64,000 nt of DNA from Patescibacteria group bacterium. GTDB taxonomy: Bacteria > Patescibacteriota > Microgenomatia > UBA1400 > PJMF01. This document shows, piece by piece, positions 50,887 to 59,079 of this stretch. The notes under the pieces are model-generated. The model ran no database searches. It was not told the origin of the DNA and was given only the letters and a program-made list of their open reading frames with translations. The position numbers and the translations under genes were made by a program. Location of the stretch: contig BOKX01000001.1 of assembly GCA_016861205.1 (NCBI GenBank), positions 1,076,589 through 1,140,588 on the forward strand, read 5' to 3'. Every line of letters begins with the position of its first letter. The first letter of the stretch is position 1.

Positions 50887-50929
50887 TCAAAAAAACAGCC
50901 TTTTTTGTGGATGTTATATCTACAAATTG

Positions 50930-51913
50930 TTAAACAGGCAGTTTGTATGTCACCCAACCTTGAGCAGCTTCTCGCCGCAACCAAATACTGAGTGTTTGGG
51001 TTGCGGTGTTAACCACAATTTTGGCAACACTTCGCTCATTGTGAAGACTATGATCAGGCCCGAGAGATTCATCGAGCAGTAGTTTTTTCAAATGTTCAGG
51101 TGTCAAGTAATTTGCGACGTGTTGTTTTGCAAATTGAAGGCGCGTATGTGTGCCCCAGATTTCCCTGCTAGAATGCCGAGAGCCGAGCAAGCAATGATTT
51201 GTGTGACAAAATGGACTCGAGGGGTTGGCAATATGTGCTGAAGAGGCTGTCAATTCAGCGTGCCAGAGCTGCCCGGTTGGACTAGCAAGTAAATGACTAA
51301 AACCAGAAGTCCTGGAAATTTGGGTTAGTTTAGCTAAGTCATGATTAGGATCATGACTGTCTAATAAATATCGTGCTTGGATTAGTTTCGGAACACCCAA
51401 CTGTTTTCGAGTGAATAACAGTGTATTTACAGCATGAACATAGCCTGCAGAATTGATCCCAATAGCCGATCCACCAGGTGTATTGTAGTAGAACAATTCC
51501 AATGTGCGATGTGAACCAATTCTCTTTTGAACAATGCAGACATCATCTTCTCCGCCAAGTACGTGATCTTCACTGTGACCGATCAGTTGTCCATCATTGG
51601 TTACTATTGTTGTGCATTTGGCACGAGCTGGTTTGTGAGGTCCGAACGCATCATCTTCAATTGAGATTGTCCATAAGTCATCGAATGACACTTCTGCCCC
51701 ATCAGCATATCCTCTAAGTTCAGAAACATACTGAGGGAAGTGCTTCTGGGCGTATGTCAGTTGTGCGTGGGCAATCTGGCAGTGGACCGGCCACTGTGTG
51801 TGCTGGTGTGCGGTTTTAATTGCTTGGTATGCTTGGGCAGCAAACTGACGGCCTATCTTGATACCTAAGTCAAAGTGATTGCGCGCGCTAAAGGCATAAA
51901 AGTGCTGATGCAT
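50930..51913 (-). CDS. C45 family Ntn-hydrolase/acyltransferase
   Basis: P.Y..EL.G.A.GA, nucleophile K-CTT, GHSED, G.NSAG, HTNH. Confidence 0.88.
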   Translation of the reverse strand: MHQHFYAFSARNHFDLGIKIGRQFAAQAYQAIKTAHQHTQWPVHCQIAHAQLTYAQKHFPQYVSELRGYADGAEVSFDDLWTISIEDDAFGPHKPARAKCTTIVTNDGQLIGHSEDHVLGGEDDVCIVQKRIGSHRTLELFYYNTPGGSAIGINSAGYVHAVNTLLFTRKQLGVPKLIQARYLLDSHDPNHDLAKLTQISRTSGFSHLLASPTGQLWHAELTASSAHIANPSSPFCHTNHCLLGSRHSSREIWGTHTRLQFAKQHVANYLTPEHLKKLLLDESLGPDHSLHNERSVAKIVVNTATQTLSIWLRREAAQGWVTYKLPV

Positions 51914-51956
51914 ATTTCAGTATACGATACTAGGATTGAGTGGTACTATCAAAAAC

Positions 51957-52940
51957 ATGCAATATCGCATATTAGGTAAAACAGGCTTGAAGGTGTCTTC
52001 AATCGGGTGTGGTACTTGGGGATTTGCTAACGACACAGACGCTTGGGTCGGTGCTACAAAAAAGGAGAGTGAGGCAGCGTTATTCTTGGCTTTAGATCAA
52101 GGTGTTAATTTCATTGATACAGCGCGCGTCTATGGTGAGGGTTTGGCGGAAGAGTGGCTCGGTGAAATGTTACAAAAAACATCACAGAAGCAAGTATTGG
52201 TTGCCACAAAGATGACACCACTTAATCAACAGTGGTCAGGTATGGTGGGTACACCAATCAGTGAGGCTTTCCCCAAACAACATATTATTGATCAAGTAGA
52301 TGCTAGTTTGCGAGCACTTCGGCGCGACTATTTGGATGTGGTTTACTTTCATGTTTGGGAAGATGAATGGAGTGATGTACCGAGTTGGAAAGAAGCAGTT
52401 ACAGAATTAACGCAGGCAGGCAAGGTTAGATTCTGGGGTATTTCTACAAATGATTTTCAACCCACTAACTGCCTGAAAGCATGCCAAACAGGACTTATCT
52501 CAGTGATTATGACTATTTTCAACATTTTTGCTCAAGAACCAATTTCAGAGCTTTTGCCAGCTGTTAAGAAAATGAATCTCGGCTTAGTAAGTCGCGTTCC
52601 TTTGGATGAAGGTGGTCTGAGTGGTTCTTACACGCATGACACAGAGTTTCCTGAGGGTGATTTTCGCCAAACCTATTTTTCCAAAGACAGATTAGTACAA
52701 CTTAATAAACATCTCGATGCTTTACGGCCACTGATCAAAAAAAGTAACGCTAAAAATGTAGCTGAGTTTGCATTGCGTTATGTTCTATCATTTCCGGAAG
52801 TCACAGTTGCGGTTCCAGGCATGCGCAGACAAAAGTATGTGATTGCCAACACTAAGGTTTCTGATTTACCGCCATTACCTCAAGGTGTCCTCGAGGAGAT
52901 GCCGAAACATGCTTGGTTCAGAAATTTTTACGATGCGTAG
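51957..52940 (+). CDS. Aldo/keto reductase
   Basis: LGKTGLKVS.IG.G.W, FIDTARVYG, ATK, SL..L..DY.D, GKVR.WG.S, .PG. Confidence 0.95.
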   Translation: MQYRILGKTGLKVSSIGCGTWGFANDTDAWVGATKKESEAALFLALDQGVNFIDTARVYGEGLAEEWLGEMLQKTSQKQVLVATKMTPLNQQWSGMVGTPISEAFPKQHIIDQVDASLRALRRDYLDVVYFHVWEDEWSDVPSWKEAVTELTQAGKVRFWGISTNDFQPTNCLKACQTGLISVIMTIFNIFAQEPISELLPAVKKMNLGLVSRVPLDEGGLSGSYTHDTEFPEGDFRQTYFSKDRLVQLNKHLDALRPLIKKSNAKNVAEFALRYVLSFPEVTVAVPGMRRQKYVIANTKVSDLPPLPQGVLEEMPKHAWFRNFYDA

Positions 52941-55765
52941 GGATGTAGGAATCGCCTGACATAGTTTTGTAATAGGTCAAGGCTAGAAATAGAAGCAAAT
53001 TGAAGGGAATAGCCGGGACTTACTGCATTGGTTTCTGTCTCAAAAAAATGTATGCCTTTTTCTTTGAGGGCAGAGAAAAAAGGAGCTAGTTGCTTTCCTT
53101 TACCTTGCTTCAGTTGGTCCTCAAGTGTTTTCAGCCAAAGTTCAAAGGAGAGTACGCCGAGTCTTAAATTGGCTTCATCGGAGATGGTTGCAACCGCATC
53201 CGACAACTGTAGTGGCCGCTGATTCTTAAACAATATTTTCTGGTCATTGGATTGTCTTGGTGCTGTTATTGCTTGACTGACTTCATCAACAGGTACTAGA
53301 TCTAACCACCAGTTTACATTGGGAAAGTAGCCAATTTCTAGACAGCTTTGGATAAAAGACCAAAAGAAATCGTGTTCACCAAAAACTGGTCGTTCTAGTC
53401 TGGGTGTTATGGTGGCAGGTGCGACAATGTTTTGCCGATAACCCAGTTTCGAGTAATGCGCAAGTTTCTCTTCATTAATGTACTTCGTTAATTCATATCC
53501 ATCAAAATCACTCAACCTTGCCGATGAAGTTATTGATGCAGTACTGGATGATGATACGAAGGTTACCAAACTGTTTTTTATTTTTCCCGCCAAACGTAAG
53601 ATCTCGTCGAAACTTTGGACATTGACCTTTTTCAAGTCAAAATAGTCCAATAAAAAATTGACCCAGTACCCGACATGATAAATGTACTCCACTTGGTCTA
53701 CTATGATTTGTTCTGATTCTCGACTGATACCCAAATTTGGTTCAGATAAATCACCTAAAATTGGCGTGACTAGTTCCTGTGGATACCGGTCATCAAAGTA
53801 TTTGCGCCAGGTTTTTATGATTTTTTCTTCAGCAAGTGCCAATGAATTTGCTCGCGTTAAACAGTAAACGGGAGTGTCGGCACTGGTAAGCTGATGTAGT
53901 ACATGTATTCCCAGAAAACCAGTTGCACCTGTTAAAAAATGACCGGAACCAGTGCTATCTTTAGTATTTGATTTATTTGATATGAAGTCTGAGGGAAGTA
54001 AAGCATCAGATACTATGTCACGAACTAACGTTGGTTGGGTATCGGGGTTTATTGTTAGCCATGTTCTTATTTTTGATAATGAACGACCGCCATAAAACGC
54101 CTTAAGTGGAATCGGCTCCAAACCAGCGGCTTGCAGATCAAGGTTTATCATTTCAATTGTTAGGGAGTCAGCGCCATGCAGAAAAATATCATCATCAGGA
54201 TTAGTGTCAAACCTAATGTTTTTACGAAAAATTTCCAGATACGTATCAATGTTGGTTCCCGGTGTGGTTTTTGGTAATGCTTGACTTTGTAAGGTTGACC
54301 AAAGTATTTTGCCATCTGCTCGCCTTGGTATCTCATCAACAAAAACAAATTTAATTGGAAGTGTCGGAATACCACTGACGTCAACAGCTTTTTGATACAG
54401 GTTACTTATCCGTTCTGATTTTTCTGATAAAGGAGACACAATAAAACACATTAACATGGTACTCGGTGGCCGATTGACGTGTGATATGGCGATATCAATG
54501 ATCTCGGGGTCATTCCTGAAGGCTTGTTCTAACTTATATAGATCTACTCGGGTGCCATGAATTTTGACCTCTTGGTTGCTTCGGCCTGCTAATTTGTATA
54601 GACCGTTCATGCCTTTTACCACTAAGTCGCCTGTCTTCACTACACGAACGCCTTGATATTCACGAAAGTTTGTTTGTTCCATAGCTGAGAAGTACCCTGG
54701 TGAGAGACCTGCCGAAGAAATATGCAGTTCCCCAATTGTGCCGTCTGGGACCAGATTTTGTTCTTCATCAAGAACAAAAAAACGGGTCGTTCCGAAAGGC
54801 TCACCAATTGGAACAAGCTCATCCGGGGAAAGTGATTCTTCACGAATATCATGGGCAAAGAAAAGACCGTTATCGACAATAGACTCCGTAAGACCATATG
54901 AATTAAGTATCATTGCTTGTGGCCAGGTTGTCCTCAAATCTCTCATTTCTTGAACAAACCATGCTTCAGAACCAACTACGACCAGCTTAGGTTGGTGATG
55001 GTTGGCTTCTGGATTTTCACGTAAATGCCTGATAAGTTGTCGAACGTATGCGGGTGTTATGTCCAGAAAGTCAAGTTTATGCAGATTGATGTATGTAACT
55101 AGTTGATTAATGTTTCGTCTGACCGCCATGGGCACAATATGCATTGTTGCCCCGACTGAATTAACCATAAACATATCATCAAAAAAACCGGCTACGTCAA
55201 AGCCAGACATTACCAAAAACTGCTTGTAGTCTGAAATTGACATTACTTGTTGCCAAGTTTTGACCATTTCGACCCAGCCAGAATAGCTGATCAAAACACC
55301 TTTAGGGATACCGCTTGAGCCTGAGGTAAAAATAATGGCTGCAATGTCTTCGGGTAATTCAATCTGAAGTGATCTCTTGGCATTTTCACTAAATGTGCCA
55401 GTGTCAGTTTGTAGTGTTGTTATGTCTCCAACTCTTCTGACATGCTGAGCAGTGGTTAGTACAATATCGGGGTTAGTCTGGCTCAGTAGCGCATCAATTT
55501 TCTCTTGCGAAGCGGTTGGAGAGATAGGTACAAATGGCCTGCGAAGACGGGTGCAAGCCTGGGTTGCCACGAAAGCTTCAATAGAGGCCTCAAATAACAA
55601 GCCTATGATATGTCGATCCGTTCCGAGATGTTTTTCAAGGGTTGTTGCTAATTTGCTGACTCTTTCGTCTAGTTCTTGGTAGGTGAAAGATTGACCATGA
55701 TCAACGAGGGCAATGCCAGCTGGATTTTTTTTTGCAGACTGCGATAACAAATGTTCTAAATGCAT
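52928..55765 (-). CDS. NRPS-like adenylation-thiolation-reductase (A-T-R) enzyme
   Basis: FTSGSSGIPKG, NSYGLTE, GEL...GL..GY, KTGD, GR...VKI.G.R, GK; carrier FLHGADSL; LTGATGFLG and YELTK in an SDR domain. Confidence 0.92.
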   Translation of the reverse strand: MHLEHLLSQSAKKNPAGIALVDHGQSFTYQELDERVSKLATTLEKHLGTDRHIIGLLFEASIEAFVATQACTRLRRPFVPISPTASQEKIDALLSQTNPDIVLTTAQHVRRVGDITTLQTDTGTFSENAKRSLQIELPEDIAAIIFTSGSSGIPKGVLISYSGWVEMVKTWQQVMSISDYKQFLVMSGFDVAGFFDDMFMVNSVGATMHIVPMAVRRNINQLVTYINLHKLDFLDITPAYVRQLIRHLRENPEANHHQPKLVVVGSEAWFVQEMRDLRTTWPQAMILNSYGLTESIVDNGLFFAHDIREESLSPDELVPIGEPFGTTRFFVLDEEQNLVPDGTIGELHISSAGLSPGYFSAMEQTNFREYQGVRVVKTGDLVVKGMNGLYKLAGRSNQEVKIHGTRVDLYKLEQAFRNDPEIIDIAISHVNRPPSTMLMCFIVSPLSEKSERISNLYQKAVDVSGIPTLPIKFVFVDEIPRRADGKILWSTLQSQALPKTTPGTNIDTYLEIFRKNIRFDTNPDDDIFLHGADSLTIEMINLDLQAAGLEPIPLKAFYGGRSLSKIRTWLTINPDTQPTLVRDIVSDALLPSDFISNKSNTKDSTGSGHFLTGATGFLGIHVLHQLTSADTPVYCLTRANSLALAEEKIIKTWRKYFDDRYPQELVTPILGDLSEPNLGISRESEQIIVDQVEYIYHVGYWVNFLLDYFDLKKVNVQSFDEILRLAGKIKNSLVTFVSSSSTASITSSARLSDFDGYELTKYINEEKLAHYSKLGYRQNIVAPATITPRLERPVFGEHDFFWSFIQSCLEIGYFPNVNWWLDLVPVDEVSQAITAPRQSNDQKILFKNQRPLQLSDAVATISDEANLRLGVLSFELWLKTLEDQLKQGKGKQLAPFFSALKEKGIHFFETETNAVSPGYSLQFASISSLDLLQNYVRRFLHPYAS

Positions 55766-55808
55766 ATTCTGTAATTGCAAAATAGTATAAAGGAGTTAGG
55801 ATGGGCTC

Positions 55809-56078
55809 ATGCAAGAAAAAATCACACCTACTGGTCCCGAAGTACTCCATGCTGAACCTGGTAATTTTATTACCAACCAAATGATGACCCTTGATGACGG
55901 CAGAATAGTACCATCTGGGACCGTTTTGGTCGATGGTGCAAATATCCTACAACTTGAAAAGGGCTTTTACCACTTTCGTGTTGCCCAATTGCCAGGTGGT
56001 GTCCATGAAAACTGTGTGGCAGTAGGTGATGAGTTCGTGTACAAAATTGTTGACAGTCCGGTAAAGCTTGTCAAGTAA
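55809..56078 (+). CDS. Small hypothetical protein
   Basis: 89 aa; AAGGAG upstream. Confidence 0.6.
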   Translation: MQEKITPTGPEVLHAEPGNFITNQMMTLDDGRIVPSGTVLVDGANILQLEKGFYHFRVAQLPGGVHENCVAVGDEFVYKIVDSPVKLVK

Positions 56079-56111
56079 AAAGCTAATCGGTTCCAGTTCA
56101 TTGGTTACCAA

Positions 56112-56702
56112 CTACAAACTCCTGATTTGCACTCCAGTGGAAAAGGTTTGCTCAACGATGTCTCGTGGTTGATCCACGCCGGGTGTCCCCTTGCGCAAGG
56201 TGAAGGTAACTGTCACATACTGTGAGGTAAAGTCTGAGCCGCGAGTGCAGTTGAACGTGGGTCCGCTGGTCAAAGTAATAGCCCCTGAGGTGAGGTAGCT
56301 GGAGTTCGAAGCAATTTTAGGTCGGTTGTCGCTTGGGTCGGTGGCGCGAGTCAGAATGGTGGTCTCACCGTCAATTGACTTAAGTGCCAAAGTGCCCATG
56401 CCACTTTCACAGGTTTTAATGACGTTGCCGGGTGGGGTGACAGTGTCAGTGGTTGACTCAAGTTCGATAGCATTGCGGATGAGAAAAGCCATTTGGTTGA
56501 GTGCAAAGTCACCTTCAGCTTTGACTAGCTTGGCCGTGGAAGTTTTGGTGTTACCGATCAGAAAGGTCATGAACATCGCGGTGGCTGTTAACATAATCAT
56601 GACTGACAACGTAGTTACCATCAGCAGCTCGACCAATGTAAACCCCGCCTGGCGGCGGCGGTGCGGCGAGTGGCTGCGGTGAGCTAGTTGGTTTCTTGCC
56701 AT
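56112..56702 (-). CDS. Minor pilin (PilW/GspJ-like)
   Basis: GFTLVELLMV; AL..M...IRNA; C-terminal F.T.V..R. Confidence 0.9.
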   Translation of the reverse strand: MARNQLAHRSHSPHRRRQAGFTLVELLMVTTLSVMIMLTATAMFMTFLIGNTKTSTAKLVKAEGDFALNQMAFLIRNAIELESTTDTVTPPGNVIKTCESGMGTLALKSIDGETTILTRATDPSDNRPKIASNSSYLTSGAITLTSGPTFNCTRGSDFTSQYVTVTFTLRKGTPGVDQPRDIVEQTFSTGVQIRSL

Positions 56703-59029
56703 AGTGAGTAGGCTCGGGTCATGCGGGCCGGAATGTTTTCAATGAAGTCTGGTCGGAACACAAAAACTTCGGACGGGTTGGTGGCGTTTTGAGAGCCAGT
56801 GCCACCAGTTCGTAAATCACGGCTTAACGTTACGCCGGACCAGCCGATAAAGTTGCCGGCGCCCACAAATTGGCGGTCCCCACCTGTGCCGGAGGCTTGG
56901 ATGTTGATAGTGCCATTAGCAATGTAGACACCATCAAGTACCGGGCTGTTATTGGCAACTGGATTGCCAACGGTAGCATTAACAATGATGTCGCCCGAAA
57001 CGATGAAGGCTAAGAAACCACCTGGTTCCACTTCGATTAAGTGATCAACGCCAGCGGCGTTGGTGATGGTTAAATCGCCATTGATGAACACTACAATCGA
57101 TTCATCTGCTGCCACCAACCAGTCGTTGATGATTGTCACATCACCGTTGTAAGCATACGCCCGACCGTTGTCAGGGGCGGTCGCAGCATTATTGGGATCG
57201 GGTTTGACGAAATCATAAACTTGAACAGAGTCGTCATTGGTGACGATTGGTGAGCTGGTACCCATGCTGTAGAGCCGGTAAAAGTAATCATAGTTCTCTC
57301 GCAAACGAGTGGTGGCGGTTCCCCTAGCAATGAGGGCGGTGCCATCCTGATTGATGTTGGCGGTGTTCTGATTGCCCTGGGTATCTTCGACGTCTACTTC
57401 TCCTCCCGCACTGACCGCAATGCCAGCGGTGCCGGCGGTGTCATTCAAATCGCGCGCTGCTAAGTATGGGATGCAACCTACACCTGTGTCACACGTGTCG
57501 GCGGGAATATTGGAGTAAAACGATGTCCCAGTTGTGGCTCCGGTGTACGCGTTGCCGCCGCGGAACTGCCACCAAGCGGTGGTGTTTAAAACCAAGTTGG
57601 TGATGAAGTAGTTGACGCCACTTTGCGGTGAGGTCAAGCCGGCGTAACCGCAGCCTACTGTAGCCGGACATGTACAGGCATAGTTTGCACCTGGATTGAG
57701 TCCAGCGTAATTATTGGGACTTGGCCAGGATGCCCAAGGAATCCAATACGGGACAGGTTCAGAGAAGGTCCCATCATTATTGATAGCTACCACATGTGGA
57801 GCTGCATTTCTATCAAAAATACCCACAAATGACCCACTGCCGCCTTGCGTCCCGGTAGTGGTGGGACCAATACAAACTGCCCCCGGTGTAGGTTGATAGG
57901 CAGTTGCGTCGTTATCTAAATAAACCCGACCAGACAGGATTCCCGTGGCGGTGATAGTGCCTGTCACGTATGCGCCATACTCATAGGGTGGTCCACAAGA
58001 GATGTTGATTGGGCGTATGCTAAAAACGTATTCTGCGTATGGCCCTGGATAGATACTGACTGAGTTGGTGAAATTGACATTGCCACAATAGGCAACCCCG
58101 TAAATATCAAGCGAACAGTCACCGCCGACTGGATACAACTCAACCTCATATACATCAGCTGTCGAGCTGGCTGTCCAGCTAAAAGTGATGGTTCCATTAT
58201 TAGCTACAGCCACCGTCCCGTTATTAGCTGGAGTAGTGCTCAGAATACTTGGGACTCCGGTATCTGTACTGGCGCAGGTACCACCACAGCCATCAGTTTG
58301 GCCACAGGCAGACGTGCAGTTGGGGGTACAAACACCACAATTAGGGCAAGTATTATCAGCCACACAGACACTATCACAGAATTGGCCGGTGGAAATTGAT
58401 CGGTAATAGCCACTTTGTCTCTGGCAGTCATTACAAACGTCAACAGGACCACACCAATTGGTAGCAACATATTCACGATCGGCACCTTGGCAGACAGTCC
58501 CGGGATTGCTACATGATTGGGTGTTACAACTGCGAGAAGTAGAGGCACAGCCAGACGGGTTGCAACTGCGCGTTTGGATACCACCACCGCAGCTGGCGCT
58601 GCAAGCTGACCAGGCCGTGCAGTTACAAGTAGCTGGTGGGGGTTCGCAGCCGTAAGGGCTAGGTGGGTTCCACTGACAGTTCCCACCCAAAGTACCCGGG
58701 TAACAGTCCCCGGTGTTAAAGTCAGTTGCAACGCACTGACGGGCAGCATTCGTGGTGCACAGCCGACGCATTAATGTGTTGCCGCGACAGTTGTTGGAGT
58801 TGTTGCGACAACTGGGGTTAGGATGATTGGGACGACAAGAGCCATTACAAGGTGCGCCGGCTGGGCAACATGAAACCATTGGGTAACAATAAATTTCGCC
58901 ACCACAAGTACTAGTTGTGCCATCATTTTCACAGGGATCTGCGCCAGCGGTAGCCGCACTAAGTTTTCCTCTAGCACAGAAAAAAGTGAGCAGGAGTACA
59001 AACAAAGCGAAATATACCTTTTTTCTCAC
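56684..59029 (-). CDS. Secreted Cys-rich adhesin-like protein (TSP1 repeat, FN3-like domain, C-terminal beta-rich domain)
   Basis: Signal peptide; WSACSASCGGGIQTRSC; TFSW......Y; V..NGDL.I, F.VSGDI.V, GVYIA.G repeats; ends WQE; overlaps the pilin start. Confidence 0.8.
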   Translation of the reverse strand: MRKKVYFALFVLLLTFFCARGKLSAATAGADPCENDGTTSTCGGEIYCYPMVSCCPAGAPCNGSCRPNHPNPSCRNNSNNCRGNTLMRRLCTTNAARQCVATDFNTGDCYPGTLGGNCQWNPPSPYGCEPPPATCNCTAWSACSASCGGGIQTRSCNPSGCASTSRSCNTQSCSNPGTVCQGADREYVATNWCGPVDVCNDCQRQSGYYRSISTGQFCDSVCVADNTCPNCGVCTPNCTSACGQTDGCGGTCASTDTGVPSILSTTPANNGTVAVANNGTITFSWTASSTADVYEVELYPVGGDCSLDIYGVAYCGNVNFTNSVSIYPGPYAEYVFSIRPINISCGPPYEYGAYVTGTITATGILSGRVYLDNDATAYQPTPGAVCIGPTTTGTQGGSGSFVGIFDRNAAPHVVAINNDGTFSEPVPYWIPWASWPSPNNYAGLNPGANYACTCPATVGCGYAGLTSPQSGVNYFITNLVLNTTAWWQFRGGNAYTGATTGTSFYSNIPADTCDTGVGCIPYLAARDLNDTAGTAGIAVSAGGEVDVEDTQGNQNTANINQDGTALIARGTATTRLRENYDYFYRLYSMGTSSPIVTNDDSVQVYDFVKPDPNNAATAPDNGRAYAYNGDVTIINDWLVAADESIVVFINGDLTITNAAGVDHLIEVEPGGFLAFIVSGDIIVNATVGNPVANNSPVLDGVYIANGTINIQASGTGGDRQFVGAGNFIGWSGVTLSRDLRTGGTGSQNATNPSEVFVFRPDFIENIPARMTRAYSLWQETN

Positions 59030-59079
59030 AGAAGTAACTATACCAGTTAAAAAATAGTCAGGCAATTATTCAGATACAG

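Noticed and set aside
50920-56118. CTACAAA at both island edges as a target-site duplication
   Set aside because: Only 7 AT-rich bases; easily chance
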